This document shows positions 37,575 to 47,399 of a DNA stretch of 64,000 nucleotides, piece after piece. This DNA is from Nitrospinota bacterium. Its GTDB lineage: Bacteria; Nitrospinota; Nitrospinia; Nitrospinales; VA-1. The DNA is taken from assembly GCA_038108555.1 (NCBI GenBank), contig JAYNIA010000005.1:8956-72955 (forward strand), read 5' to 3'. The notes beneath the pieces were generated by a model. The model did no database searches. It was not told the DNA's origin and saw nothing but the letters and a program-made list of their open reading frames with translations. The translations under genes and the position numbers were made by a program. Each line of letters starts with the position of its first letter. Positions within the stretch are counted from its first letter, which is position 1.

Positions 37575-38066
37575 TCAACCTACCTTTTTGCCCCTGGCCC
37601 GGGCGTAGTCCTTGGCACTTCGAAGGTCCATCAGACCCTGAATGGTAGCCTTCACCACATTGTGCGAATTATTGGTGCGCAAACATTTGGTGAGGATATC
37701 TCGAACCCCTGCCGCTTCCAATACCGCGCGTACCGCACCCCCAGCAATCAACCCTGTTCCTCTAGAGGCCGGCTTTAACATAACCCTTCCCGAACCATAA
37801 GCACCAATAACCTCATGCGGGATGGAGGAGCCATCAAGACTCACGGTAACTAGACTTTTCTTGGCCTTTTCAACTCCTTTGCGAATGGCTTCAGGAACTT
37901 CATTGGCCTTGCCCAAACCCCAACCCACTTTACCTTCACGGTTGCCAACTACAACCAGAGCGCTGAAGCTGAACCGTCGACCGCCTTTTACTACCTTGGC
38001 GACGCGGTTGATTTTTACTACCTTGTCAACAAATTCTGTTGGATTTTCCGGTTGCTTTTGTCGCAA
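37575..38066 (-). CDS. rpsE: 30S ribosomal protein S5
   Basis: Canonical S5 core ([24 protein letters not shown]). I prefer TTG at 38066, preceded by AGGAGG at 5 nt; the ORF track starts at TTG 38081. Confidence 0.92.
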   Translation of the reverse strand: MRQKQPENPTEFVDKVVKINRVAKVVKGGRRFSFSALVVVGNREGKVGWGLGKANEVPEAIRKGVEKAKKSLVTVSLDGSSIPHEVIGAYGSGRVMLKPASRGTGLIAGGAVRAVLEAAGVRDILTKCLRTNNSHNVVKATIQGLMDLRSAKDYARARGKKVG

Positions 38067-38183
38067 ACCTTCCTCCTGCAATTTTTGAGGATTTCTTTTA
38101 ACTCGCTAATTCTTTTCTCAGGCAATTCGCTTCCCCTTCGGGTCTGCTCATGGCCAAAAACAAGTTTTAGAAATTCTCCTGGA

Positions 38184-38549
38184 TTAAAATTTAATACCTT
38201 TTTCCCGAACCGCATCGGCCAGGGCTTTGATTCTTCCTGAATAGTGAAAACCGTTCCTATCACAATAAACTTCTTTAATACCTTTAGCTGCTGCCTGCTC
38301 ACCAATCATGGAACCGACCAACGCAGCCGCTTTTAAATTTCCACCGGTTTTCATCTGCTCTTTAAATCCTTTGGTCAAGGACGAGCTGGAGACCAGGGTT
38401 TTTCCTTCATTGTCATCCACAATCTGCGCGTAAATATGTTTGGTACTGCGGAAAATGGTCAGCCGGGGACGATTTTTCTGCTTTTGCACCTTCAGCTTGA
38501 TTCTTCTTTTTCTGCTGAGTCGTAACCGTTCACGCTCTAATGTTTTCAT
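38184..38549 (-). CDS. rplR: 50S ribosomal protein L18
   Basis: 121 aa, RPRLTIFRSTKHIYAQ..., canonical. Confidence 0.94.
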   Translation of the reverse strand: MKTLERERLRLSRKRRIKLKVQKQKNRPRLTIFRSTKHIYAQIVDDNEGKTLVSSSSLTKGFKEQMKTGGNLKAAALVGSMIGEQAAAKGIKEVYCDRNGFHYSGRIKALADAVREKGIKF

Positions 38550-38550
38550 C

Positions 38551-39102
38551 TTACGATCCCTTTCCTACCGCAGCTTTTCCTGCCTTACGAATAATCCTTT
38601 CATCTGCGTACATCACGCCTTTTCCCTTATAAGGCTCAGGTGGACGAAAACCGCGGATTTCGGCAGCGGTTTGACCCACAACTTCCTTATTGATTCCTTT
38701 AACAATAATGGTGTTCTTTTTGCCATCGACCTCAAACTCGATTCCTTTTGGAGCCGGGTAATTGATCGCATGCGAATGCCCCAGGTTTAACTCGAGGTCT
38801 TTTCCCTTCAAAGCAACCTTATAACCCACACCCACAACATTGAGTTGTTTTGAGTACCCATTCGAAACACCCAAAATCATATTATTGATCAGGGTTCTAG
38901 TCAGGCCGTGTAACGAACGGTCGGTCCGGCCATCCGAAGGTCGAGTGACTGTCACTACATTATCCTTCATCTCGATCTTCATATTCGGATGCATATCGCG
39001 CGACAGTTGGCCCTTGGGACCTTTGACGTCCACCTTACTGCCATTGATCTTGCATTCAACCCCTGAGGGAACCGTTATTGGTTGTTTTCCTATTCGAGAC
39101 AT
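38551..39102 (-). CDS. rplF: 50S ribosomal protein L6
   Basis: 183 aa, MSRIGKQPITVP..., canonical. Confidence 0.95.
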   Translation of the reverse strand: MSRIGKQPITVPSGVECKINGSKVDVKGPKGQLSRDMHPNMKIEMKDNVVTVTRPSDGRTDRSLHGLTRTLINNMILGVSNGYSKQLNVVGVGYKVALKGKDLELNLGHSHAINYPAPKGIEFEVDGKKNTIIVKGINKEVVGQTAAEIRGFRPPEPYKGKGVMYADERIIRKAGKAAVGKGS

Positions 39103-39119
39103 TTTAATTTTTCCATTTC

Positions 39120-39162
39120 ACCGGGTTTCCCCGGTCATTCAAAATTCCTCTTTTCAGAGGAA
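39120..39162 (-). other. two adjacent GAAA-tetraloop hairpins in the rpsH-rplF spacer
   Basis: Minus strand reads TTCCTCT-GAAA-AGAGGAA (39162-39145) and ACCGGG-GAAA-CCCGGT (39135-39120). Confidence 0.4.
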
Positions 39163-39171
39163 AATTCATTT

Positions 39172-39564
39172 TTACCAGATATGACCCAGAACCTCGCCAC
39201 CAACACCCTTTTCACGGCATTGCTCATCTGTAAAAACACCAGATGATGTTGAAACAATAGCCAGCCCCAACCCATTCAGAACCTTGGGAACCGTATCACG
39301 CTTCACATAATGCCTTCGGCCCGGTTTGCTGATTCTTTTAATTCCGCGAATAACAGGCTCATCATTTTGATACTTCAAATACACACGGAGAATCCCCTGC
39401 TTACCATCATCGTAGTGTCGGAAATTTTTGATATAACCTTCCTCTTTCAAAATTTCCACGATTCGTTTTTTCATTTTGGACCCGGGAACATCTATTCGCG
39501 GATGTTTCACCATTAACCCGTTACGAATTAGGGTAAACAAATCGGCTATAGGATCGGTCATCAT
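39172..39564 (-). CDS. rpsH: 30S ribosomal protein S8
   Basis: Canonical S8 starting [16 protein letters not shown]. The ORF-track TTG at 39582 is probably too far upstream. Confidence 0.93.
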   Translation of the reverse strand: MMTDPIADLFTLIRNGLMVKHPRIDVPGSKMKKRIVEILKEEGYIKNFRHYDDGKQGILRVYLKYQNDEPVIRGIKRISKPGRRHYVKRDTVPKVLNGLGLAIVSTSSGVFTDEQCREKGVGGEVLGHIW

Positions 39565-39647
39565 TGTACGACGGTACTCCAAAAATTTTTCTAATTCATC
39601 CTGTCAAACAAGACAGAACATTCAGTCTTTTTTTGCCAGAAGCAAGA

Positions 39648-39833
39648 CTACCAACTTGCCTTGGTAACCCCTGGAATTTCACCACGCAATGCTCTCTCGC
39701 GGAAACAAATGCGGCACATACCAAATTTCCTGAGGTAGCCTCTGGGTCGACCACAAATGTTGCATCGGTTATATGTTCGAACAGAAAACCGAGGGGCTCT
39801 TTTTTGTTTAGCTATTAATGCTTTTCTTGCCAT
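39648..39833 (-). CDS. rpsZ: 30S ribosomal protein S14, type Z (zinc-binding)
   Basis: 61 aa with [23 protein letters not shown]. Confidence 0.94.
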   Translation of the reverse strand: MARKALIAKQKRAPRFSVRTYNRCNICGRPRGYLRKFGMCRICFRERALRGEIPGVTKASW

Positions 39834-39837
39834 ACCT

Positions 39838-40377
39838 TTACTTTCTTAAGGGAAGTCCCATATGGGTCAGCAGGCATCTGCCCTGCTCATCATTTTTAGC
39901 AGTCGTTGTGATCGTGATATTCATCCCCTTGATCTTTTCAATTTTATCGAAATTGATTTCAGGGAAGATCAACTGCTCTTTCAATCCAATCGTATAGTTT
40001 CCTCTTCCATCAAATGCCTTTGGCGGCAGTCCTTTAAAATCACGTACGCGCGGTAGGGCAAAACAAACCAGCCTTTCCCAAAACTCATACATTCGATTGC
40101 CCCGCAACGTAACTTTCAGTCCAATAGGAACACCTTCACGCAACTTAAAGTTAGAGATGGATTTCTTTGCCCTGGTTACCACCGGAGCCTGGCCGGTAAT
40201 AACCTTCATTTGTTCAATTCCAGATTCTATCAACTTGGAATTTTGCAACGCTTCACCCAGCCCCATATTTACAGTGATCTTTTCCATTTTGGGAACTTCC
40301 ATCACGTTACCCAAACCAAGATCTTTCTGGATCTGAGCTTTATGCTTTTCTATATATGCTTTTTTAAAATTTGCCAT
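39838..40377 (-). CDS. rplE: 50S ribosomal protein L5
   Basis: Canonical L5. ATG at 40377 ([11 protein letters not shown]...) abuts the rplX stop; the ORF-track start at 40434 overlaps rplX. Confidence 0.93.
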   Translation of the reverse strand: MANFKKAYIEKHKAQIQKDLGLGNVMEVPKMEKITVNMGLGEALQNSKLIESGIEQMKVITGQAPVVTRAKKSISNFKLREGVPIGLKVTLRGNRMYEFWERLVCFALPRVRDFKGLPPKAFDGRGNYTIGLKEQLIFPEINFDKIEKIKGMNITITTTAKNDEQGRCLLTHMGLPLRK

Positions 40378-40378
40378 G

Positions 40379-40717
40379 CTATACCTTATCCAACACATCT
40401 CCGGTTTTGGAACACACGCGAACCCGCTTACCATCAGCCAGCTTTTTAAGCTTGGTCCGAACCCCTTTCCCAGCTTTATCGCTTACCAATAAAACATTGG
40501 AGATATGGATTGTTCCTTCTTTTTCAACAATAGACGATTGCCGGGACTTACCATCCCCTTTGGTATGGCGCTTTAACATATTCAGTTTTTCGACGGTCAC
40601 CCTTTGGGTAGAGGGAAAGATGGCAAGTATTTTTCCTTTTTTGCCCTTTTCTTTTCCGGCGATAACTTCAACGATATCGTCTTTTTTCAAATGTAATTTA
40701 TAACCTGCCTTTTTCAC
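40379..40717 (-). CDS. rplX: 50S ribosomal protein L24
   Basis: 112 aa with the KOW motif [20 protein letters not shown]. Confidence 0.93.
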   Translation of the reverse strand: MKKAGYKLHLKKDDIVEVIAGKEKGKKGKILAIFPSTQRVTVEKLNMLKRHTKGDGKSRQSSIVEKEGTIHISNVLLVSDKAGKGVRTKLKKLADGKRVRVCSKTGDVLDKV

Positions 40718-41085
40718 TACAGTACCTCCGGCGCAAGCGATAGAATTTTCATATAACTTTTCGCGCGCAACTCCCTGGCCACAGGACCAAAGATACGAGT
40801 ACCTACAGGATCTTTTCCATCTCCAATCAGAACCGCTGCATTGCTATCGAATTTGATATAGGTTCCATTTGACCGTCGAATTTCCTTGCGCGTACGAACC
40901 ACCACCGCTTTTTTAACTTCACCTTTTTTCAGATTACTTTGCGGATCAACCTCTTTTACCGCCACAACGATCACATCCCCAATACTGGCGTACCTTCGAC
41001 GAGATCCCCCCAGGACTTTGATACACTGGACCACCTTCGCCCCGGAATTGTCTGCAACTTCCATAACGGTTCTTAACTGAATCAT
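40717..41085 (-). CDS. rplN: 50S ribosomal protein L14
   Basis: 122 aa, [17 protein letters not shown]..., canonical. Confidence 0.96.
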   Translation of the reverse strand: MIQLRTVMEVADNSGAKVVQCIKVLGGSRRRYASIGDVIVVAVKEVDPQSNLKKGEVKKAVVVRTRKEIRRSNGTYIKFDSNAAVLIGDGKDPVGTRIFGPVARELRAKSYMKILSLAPEVL

Positions 41086-41357
41086 GACGCTGTACCTTCC
41101 TCTACCGCTTTTTCAATAATTTCTAACATCCGCCAGCGCTTGGTTTTACTCAGAGGACGCGTCTCCCGGATACTGATGAAATCTCCCGGCTTGCACTCGT
41201 TGTTTTCATCATGCGCACTGTATTTACGGCTGCTTTTCACCACCTTTTTGAACTTGGGGTGCATGTACTTTCGTTCTACCTTCACGACCACCGTCTTGTC
41301 CATTTTGTTACTTACAACGTGGCCTTGCAGGGTCTTTCTGTTTGTCGTCTTTTCCAA
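41082..41357 (-). CDS. rpsQ: 30S ribosomal protein S17
   Basis: 91 aa, canonical S17. 4-nt overlap with rplN. Confidence 0.94.
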   Translation of the reverse strand: MEKTTNRKTLQGHVVSNKMDKTVVVKVERKYMHPKFKKVVKSSRKYSAHDENNECKPGDFISIRETRPLSKTKRWRMLEIIEKAVEEGTAS

Positions 41358-41407
41358 AAGTATTTCCTATTCCGTTTGGTTTTAAGTTTAATACCAATCC
41401 TTTTGCG

Positions 41408-41638
41408 CTATTTCTTTTCTTCTTTTTTTTCTTCTTCCGGCTTTGCTTCGTCCCCACCCGATTCCTTCTGGATGGTTTTAATTCTCGCAATATCCCGACG
41501 AAGACTTTTCAGACGGCTGGGATTTTCAATTTTTCCGGTCGCCAACTGAAACCTCAGGTTGAAAATTTCCTGACCGAGGTCGACCACTTTCTCCTGCCGC
41601 TCTTTCTCCGAAAGATCTCTAATTTCTTGTGCTTTCAT
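41408..41638 (-). CDS. rpmC: 50S ribosomal protein L29 (short Lys/Glu-rich C-terminal tail)
   Basis: 76 aa. MKAQEIRDLS... is canonical. The tail is GGDEAKPEEEKKEEKK. Confidence 0.92.
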   Translation of the reverse strand: MKAQEIRDLSEKERQEKVVDLGQEIFNLRFQLATGKIENPSRLKSLRRDIARIKTIQKESGGDEAKPEEEKKEEKK

Positions 41639-41656
41639 TTCCTAATTACCGTCCAA

Positions 41657-42061
41657 TTATTTTGTAACGAACCGCGTTGCCACCGACAACTTATGGGCCG
41701 CAAGACGAAAAGCTTCCTTCGCTATCGGCTCAGGGACACCCTCCATTTCATAAAGCATCCGCCCGGGCTTTACCACTGCAACCCAAAACTCCGGATTCCC
41801 CTTACCCTTACCCATTCGAGTTTCAAGCGGCTTTTTCGAAACCGGCTTGTCAGGAAAAATTCTCAACCAGATTTTTCCACCCCTCTTCACATGACGGGTC
41901 ATGGCAATACGGGCTGCTTCAATCTGCCGGTTTGTAATGCGCCCACACTCCATCGCCTGAAGGCCATACGTTCCAAAACTGATCGCTCCACCTCGGTAAG
42001 CGGTTCCACGCATCTTGCCTTTATGGCGCTTTCTATATTTAACTCTTTTAGGCATCAACAT
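41657..42061 (-). CDS. rplP: 50S ribosomal protein L16
   Basis: 134 aa, [15 protein letters not shown]..., canonical. Confidence 0.96.
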   Translation of the reverse strand: MLMPKRVKYRKRHKGKMRGTAYRGGAISFGTYGLQAMECGRITNRQIEAARIAMTRHVKRGGKIWLRIFPDKPVSKKPLETRMGKGKGNPEFWVAVVKPGRMLYEMEGVPEPIAKEAFRLAAHKLSVATRFVTK

Positions 42062-42100
42062 GATGCGCTATCTCCCAAATAAAATTACTTTAAATTAAGC

Positions 42101-42793
42101 CTAGCCTTTGGCCTGCTCCTCAGCGGGTTTAGATCCGAATCCCTCCGGTTTTTCCATTTTCTTATCCGGGAGAATCTCTCCCTTATAAACCCAAACCTTC
42201 ACCCCGATTATTCCGAAAGTGGTATTCGAAATTGCGGTTCCATAATCAATATCCGCCCTGAGCGTATGCAGCGGAACGCGCCCCTCGCGATACCATTCAC
42301 TTCGAGCAATTTCAGCCCCACCCAATCGCCCAGAAACTCGCACCTTGATTCCTTTTGCCCCAAACCGAAGCGCCGAAACAACACTCTTTTTCATGGCACG
42401 ACGGAAGGAAACTCGTTTTTCCAACTGCAGAGCAATGTTTTGACCGATCAAAGTCGCATCCAATTCAGCCCGGCGAACTTCCTTGATATTCAGGTTGACC
42501 TGCTTACCAGACATTACCTTTTGCAATTCTTCCTTCAAGCGGTCAACTTCAAGACCTTTCTTACCAATGATGATTCCCGGTCGCGCAGTATGAATGTTGA
42601 TCCGCACCCGGTTGGCAGAGCGCTCGATTTCCACCCGTGAAATTCCCGCATGGGCCAGAGTTTTGAAAATATATTTCCTGAGATTGATGTCTTCAACCAA
42701 CTGACCCGAATAATCTTTCCGTGCGTACCAATTGGAAATCCAGGTCTTGTTGAATCCTAATCGAAACCCATAGGGATGTACTTTTTGACCCAC
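42101..42793 (-). CDS. rpsC: 30S ribosomal protein S3
   Basis: 230 aa, [13 protein letters not shown]..., canonical. Confidence 0.96.
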   Translation of the reverse strand: MGQKVHPYGFRLGFNKTWISNWYARKDYSGQLVEDINLRKYIFKTLAHAGISRVEIERSANRVRINIHTARPGIIIGKKGLEVDRLKEELQKVMSGKQVNLNIKEVRRAELDATLIGQNIALQLEKRVSFRRAMKKSVVSALRFGAKGIKVRVSGRLGGAEIARSEWYREGRVPLHTLRADIDYGTAISNTTFGIIGVKVWVYKGEILPDKKMEKPEGFGSKPAEEQAKG

Positions 42794-42803
42794 TTTTTTC
42801 TCC

Positions 42804-43145
42804 TTAAGATTCTTTCTCTTCCAGCACCAAGGTGATGTGGCTGGTCTTTTTCTGGATCATGGTAGAGGTACCTCGCGCCCTCGGCATATGGCGCTTCCAG
42901 GTGACACCCTCATCGACCCTGACATTTTTAATAAACAAATCTTCCACATCAAGAACCTTATGGTTCTCTTCCGCATTGGCAATTGCAGATTTTAGTAATT
43001 TTTGAAATATATCCGCCGCCCTTTTTCGCGTGAACTGCAGAATATTAATCGCATCATTCACGTTCTTTCCACGAATCAAATTGGCAATCAATCTCGCCTT
43101 TCGTGGCGCGGTGCGCGTATGCCTGAGCAGTGCTTTCACTTCCAT
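42804..43145 (-). CDS. rplV: 50S ribosomal protein L22
   Basis: 113 aa, canonical L22. Confidence 0.95.
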   Translation of the reverse strand: MEVKALLRHTRTAPRKARLIANLIRGKNVNDAINILQFTRKRAADIFQKLLKSAIANAEENHKVLDVEDLFIKNVRVDEGVTWKRHMPRARGTSTMIQKKTSHITLVLEEKES

Positions 43146-43161
43146 GATTCTTTAATCTCTC

Positions 43162-43443
43162 TTATTTAGTAACTGCCTTTTTCGTTTTACCCCCGTGCGA
43201 CTTGAAAGTACGCGTTGGAGCAAACTCACCCAGCTTGTGACCCACCATATTTTCCGTCACAAATACGGGGAAAAAATTTTTCCCGTTATGAACAGAAATG
43301 GTATGCCCGACAAAATCCGGGGTAATGGTGGAGCGACGCGACCAGGTTTTGAAAACCTTCTTTTCGTTCTTGCGATTCAACTCCTCGATCCTGTCCATCA
43401 GATGCGAATCAACAAACGGACCTTTTTTTAATGATCGTGCCAT
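43162..43443 (-). CDS. rpsS: 30S ribosomal protein S19
   Basis: 93 aa, [12 protein letters not shown]..., canonical. Confidence 0.96.
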   Translation of the reverse strand: MARSLKKGPFVDSHLMDRIEELNRKNEKKVFKTWSRRSTITPDFVGHTISVHNGKNFFPVFVTENMVGHKLGEFAPTRTFKSHGGKTKKAVTK

Positions 43444-43468
43444 TCCTAACCCTCAAAAATTGACTAAA

Positions 43469-44299
43469 TTATTTTTTCTTTTTACGACTGAGAATAAACT
43501 TGTTAGATTGCTTATTCACTTTTCTCGTTTTCAATCCTTTTGCGCTTTGACCCCAGGGACTACAGGGGTGACGCCCTCCCGAGGACCGGCCTTCACCACC
43601 GCCCATCGGATGATCCACCGGGTTCATCGCTACTGCCCGCACACGGGGTCGGCGGCCCATCCAGCGAACACGCCCGGCCTTTCCGATCGATACGTTTTCA
43701 TGATCCTGATTTCCAACCACACCGATGGTGGCGCGACAATTTTTATGAATCAACCGAACCTCACCGGACCTCAGCTTCAGCGTGACATATTCCCCTTCTT
43801 TCGCCATCAACTGCACACCGTTTCCGGCACTGCGTGCGATCTGCGCACCTTTTCCCGGCCTCATCTCTATATTATGGACCAGAGTTCCCTCGGGAATATC
43901 CTTAAGCGGCAGACAATTACCATTCTTAATTTCCGCATTTTCGCCCGACATCAACACATCGCCGACATTTAATTTTGAAGGCGCAATGATGTACCGCTTC
44001 TCCCCATCCGCATAAACCAGAAGCGCAATCCGCGCGGAACGATTGGGGTCATACTCTATCCCAACAACCTTTGCCGCAATTCCATCTTTCCCACGCTTGA
44101 AATCAATAACGCGATACTTTTTACGGTGACCGCCGCCTCTACGTTTGCTGGTAACACGCCCATTATTGTTTCGCCCGCCGGATTTTGAAATGGAAACCAG
44201 CAAACTTTTTTCCGGAGCGGATTTTGTAACCTCATCGAACCCGGAAATGGTTTGAAAGCGAACCCCGGGAGATCTTGGCTTTAGTTTTCTTATTGGCAT
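43469..44299 (-). CDS. rplB: 50S ribosomal protein L2
   Basis: 276 aa, canonical L2 ([13 protein letters not shown]). Confidence 0.96.
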   Translation of the reverse strand: MPIRKLKPRSPGVRFQTISGFDEVTKSAPEKSLLVSISKSGGRNNNGRVTSKRRGGGHRKKYRVIDFKRGKDGIAAKVVGIEYDPNRSARIALLVYADGEKRYIIAPSKLNVGDVLMSGENAEIKNGNCLPLKDIPEGTLVHNIEMRPGKGAQIARSAGNGVQLMAKEGEYVTLKLRSGEVRLIHKNCRATIGVVGNQDHENVSIGKAGRVRWMGRRPRVRAVAMNPVDHPMGGGEGRSSGGRHPCSPWGQSAKGLKTRKVNKQSNKFILSRKKKK

Positions 44300-44305
44300 T
44301 AACCC

Positions 44306-44593
44306 CTACACTCCCTCAAATATTTCAATTTTGTCCCCTTCTTTCAACTGAACCATTGCCTTTTTCCAGGCCTTAGACTGCCCCATGGTCCGGCCAAACC
44401 GTCGGCGCTTGCCACGAACAATCTGAGTATTCACTTTTAAAACAGAGACATTGAAAATTTTTTGAATCGCATCACGAATCTGAATTTTATTCGCATCCAT
44501 ATTGACATCGAAGGTCACCCAGTTTCCCTCCGCCAACATGGTGGTTCCCTTTTCGGTAACCAGAGGCTTGTTTACCACTCGATACAAATCCAT
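44306..44593 (-). CDS. rplW: 50S ribosomal protein L23
   Basis: Canonical L23 from MDLYRVVNKPLVTEKG. ATG at 44593 shares one nucleotide with the rplD TGA (TGATG); the ORF-track start at 44638 lies inside rplD. Confidence 0.92.
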   Translation of the reverse strand: MDLYRVVNKPLVTEKGTTMLAEGNWVTFDVNMDANKIQIRDAIQKIFNVSVLKVNTQIVRGKRRRFGRTMGQSKAWKKAMVQLKEGDKIEIFEGV

Positions 44594-45219
44594 CAGTTCA
44601 GCCTCTCCTCTATTTTTTGAAGCGCATCTTTCGTACAAACAATTTTTTCATGCTTCAACAAATCAAAAACATTCAGACCGTCCACCAGCAACACATTGGT
44701 GTAAGGCAGATTACGCACTGCCAACTGAAAGTTCTGATTTTTCTCGGAAATAATGAATAACGTTTTATCAGGAAGACTCAACTTCTTAAGGATCGCCGCA
44801 GCATCCCTGGTTTTTGGATTCTCAAGTGTAATAGAGTCGACCACTGAGATATTTTGATTTTTAAATCTTTCGCTAAGAACCGATTTAATCGCCTGCTTTT
44901 TGGATTTTTTGGATAGAGAGAAAGCGTAGCTTCTGGGGCTGGGACCAAACACCGTCATACCCCCACGCCAGACCGGAGATCGGGTATTACCTGAACGAGC
45001 ACGCCCCGTACCCTTCTGCCTCCAGGGTTTCGCGTTACTTCCATGCAGGTCGCCCTTGTTTTGCTTGGTGGCCGCATTGCCTCCGCGTCGAGCTGCCAAT
45101 TGCATGGTCACATAGCGCTGCACCAATTCCTCACGCACCTTGGTCTCGAACACATCCGAAGAAGCCTCGACGGTTCCGACTTTTTTATTTTCTGTATCTA
45201 TTACATCTAACTCAGGCAT
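44593..45219 (-). CDS. rplD: 50S ribosomal protein L4
   Basis: 208 aa, canonical L4. Confidence 0.95.
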   Translation of the reverse strand: MPELDVIDTENKKVGTVEASSDVFETKVREELVQRYVTMQLAARRGGNAATKQNKGDLHGSNAKPWRQKGTGRARSGNTRSPVWRGGMTVFGPSPRSYAFSLSKKSKKQAIKSVLSERFKNQNISVVDSITLENPKTRDAAAILKKLSLPDKTLFIISEKNQNFQLAVRNLPYTNVLLVDGLNVFDLLKHEKIVCTKDALQKIEERLN

Positions 45220-45235
45220 GAGAAATCTTTATCCC

Positions 45236-45856
45236 TTATGATTTAAAAATACTTAACAATCCGCCATTAGCACCCGGAACAGAACCCTTGAGCAGAAGCA
45301 CGTTGTTTTCAACGTCCACCCGCACGACCTGAAGATTTTTCAGGTGCTTTGTCTTTCCACCCATTCTTCCCGGCATACCCATTCCTTTTAGAACCCGGCC
45401 CGGATAAGTGTGCATTCCGATCGATCCAGTGCCGCGATAGCTTTCATGATGCCCATGGGAAGCAGGCGCGCCTCCGTAGTTGTACCGCTTGAAAACACCG
45501 GCAAATCCACGGCCCTTGGTCACACCCACCACTTCGACTTCATCGCCTTCGCTGAAAATATCAACTTTGATGGGCTTTCCAATGGCGTCATCATCGACAT
45601 CCTGATCCCTGAACTCCTTGAGAACTTTTGCAGGCTCGATTTTGTGCTTGTCGTAAAAACCCTTTAAAGGCTTGTTAGTGTGCTTTTCTTTTCGGGTGCC
45701 ATAAGCCAGCATGACTGCATTATAACCATCCTTCTCAACGGTCCGCTTTAACACCGGAACACACCGTTCCACCTGCACCACTGTAACCGGCACACAATCC
45801 CCCTTGTCATTAAAGACCTGGGTCATTCCTACTTTTTTTCCCAATAACGCGCTCAT
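45236..45856 (-). CDS. rplC: 50S ribosomal protein L3
   Basis: 206 aa, canonical L3. Confidence 0.95.
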   Translation of the reverse strand: MSALLGKKVGMTQVFNDKGDCVPVTVVQVERCVPVLKRTVEKDGYNAVMLAYGTRKEKHTNKPLKGFYDKHKIEPAKVLKEFRDQDVDDDAIGKPIKVDIFSEGDEVEVVGVTKGRGFAGVFKRYNYGGAPASHGHHESYRGTGSIGMHTYPGRVLKGMGMPGRMGGKTKHLKNLQVVRVDVENNVLLLKGSVPGANGGLLSIFKS

Positions 45857-45868
45857 TGATTTTCCAAT

Positions 45869-46177
45869 TTAAAGCTTGATCTCGATATCCACACCGCCCG
45901 ACAGATCCAGTTTCATCAATGCATCTACGGTCTGCGGTGTAGGCTCAAGAATTTCCATGATCCGCTTGTGAGTTCGAATCTCGAACTGTTCGCGAGATTT
46001 TTTATCCACATGCGGCGACCTTAATACTGTCCACCGATTCCTTACAGTTGGCAGTGGAACCGGGCCCACAACCTTTGCTCCCGTACGCCGGGTGGTTTCA
46101 ACAATTTCCGCCACCGACCAGTCCAGCAGCTTATGGTCATAAGCCTTGAGTTTGATACGTATTTTTTGGTCGTTCAT
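45869..46177 (-). CDS. rpsJ: 30S ribosomal protein S10
   Basis: 102 aa, [19 protein letters not shown]..., canonical. ATG overlaps the tuf TAA by 1 nt. Confidence 0.96.
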   Translation of the reverse strand: MNDQKIRIKLKAYDHKLLDWSVAEIVETTRRTGAKVVGPVPLPTVRNRWTVLRSPHVDKKSREQFEIRTHKRIMEILEPTPQTVDALMKLDLSGGVDIEIKL

Positions 46178-47367
46178 TATTCTATGATCTCGTTAACCAC
46201 TCCGGCGCCAACAGTACGGCCACCTTCACGAATTGCAAAACGAAGCTCTTTAGCCATAGCAACCGGCGTAATAAGAGTGATTTCCATTGAAACATTATCT
46301 CCCGGCATAACCATTTCAACTCCAGAAGGTAATGTTGCAACACCGGTAACGTCGGTGGTTCTGAAGTAGAACTGCGGACGATATCCATTAAAGAACGGAG
46401 TATGCCGACCCCCCTCTTCCTTCGTCAAAATATAAACCTCCGCCTTAAACTTTGTATGCGGTGTAATCGATCCCGGCTTGGCAAGAACCTGACCACGCTC
46501 GATTTCCTCACGCTTGGTTCCACGAAGCAGAACACCCACGTTCTCACCCGCGCGACCTTCATCAAGAAGCTTGCGGAACATTTCAACACCCGTCGCGGTA
46601 GTTTTTGTGGTTTCGCGGAATCCTACGATTTCAATTTCTTCACCGACTTTAATAACGCCGGTTTCAACACGACCGGTTGCAACCGTTCCACGACCTGAAA
46701 TACTGAAGATATCTTCAATAGGCATCAGGAACGGTTTATCCACAGGACGATCAGGAAGCGGGAAGTAGGTATCCAAAGCTTCCATCAACTCCCAGATACA
46801 TTTGGTTTTTTCTTCGTCTTCCGGATTCTCCAAAGCCTGCAAAGCACTACCGCGAATAACCGGAACATCATCCCCTGGGAATTCGTATTTACTCAGCAAC
46901 TCACGAACTTCCAGCTCAACCAGATCAAGCAGCTCAGGATCATCAACCATGTCACACTTGTTCATGAATACAACGATCTTGGGAACACCCACCTGACGCG
47001 CCAGCAAGATATGCTCGCGGGTTTGCGGCATTGGACCGTCATTTGCCGAGATAACCAGAACCGCACCATCCATTTGCGCCGCACCGGTGATCATGTTTTT
47101 TACATAGTCGGCATGGCCCGGGCAATCCACATGGGCGTAATGGCGATTCTCAGTATTATATTCAACGTGAGCAATAGCGATGGTAATACCACGTTCTTTT
47201 TCCTCAGGCGCTTTATCAATTTGGTCGAAGGCGATGGTTTCTGCATATCCCTTTTTCGACAAAACCTCAGTGATCGCAGCGGTGAGGGTGGTTTTACCAT
47301 GGTCAACGTGACCCACTGTCCCAACGTTCAAATGCGGTTTATCACGAACAAATTTTTCTTTAGCCAT
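46177..47367 (-). CDS. tuf: elongation factor Tu
   Basis: 396 aa, [21 protein letters not shown]; unmistakable EF-Tu. Confidence 0.98.
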   Translation of the reverse strand: MAKEKFVRDKPHLNVGTVGHVDHGKTTLTAAITEVLSKKGYAETIAFDQIDKAPEEKERGITIAIAHVEYNTENRHYAHVDCPGHADYVKNMITGAAQMDGAVLVISANDGPMPQTREHILLARQVGVPKIVVFMNKCDMVDDPELLDLVELEVRELLSKYEFPGDDVPVIRGSALQALENPEDEEKTKCIWELMEALDTYFPLPDRPVDKPFLMPIEDIFSISGRGTVATGRVETGVIKVGEEIEIVGFRETTKTTATGVEMFRKLLDEGRAGENVGVLLRGTKREEIERGQVLAKPGSITPHTKFKAEVYILTKEEGGRHTPFFNGYRPQFYFRTTDVTGVATLPSGVEMVMPGDNVSMEITLITPVAMAKELRFAIREGGRTVGAGVVNEIIE

Positions 47368-47399
47368 TCTTATTTACTCCAATATATATGTATGATTTA

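Noticed and set aside
38018-38305. 95 aa ORF spanning the rplR-rpsE spacer, and a 17-codon ATG ORF inside the spacer
   Set aside because: The long ORF overlaps the coding ends of both rplR and rpsE out of frame. The short one lacks a ribosome-binding site. Neither has recognisable features.
41342-42082. 246 aa plus-strand ORF. Similar long antisense ORFs lie at 43298-43972, 48879-49535, 52637-53395, 20107-20622 and 12786-13220.
   Set aside because: All lie antisense to unmistakable genes (rplP/rpmC, rplB, fusA, rpoC, hemE, the coiled-coil gene) and have odd composition. I treated them as non-coding shadows.
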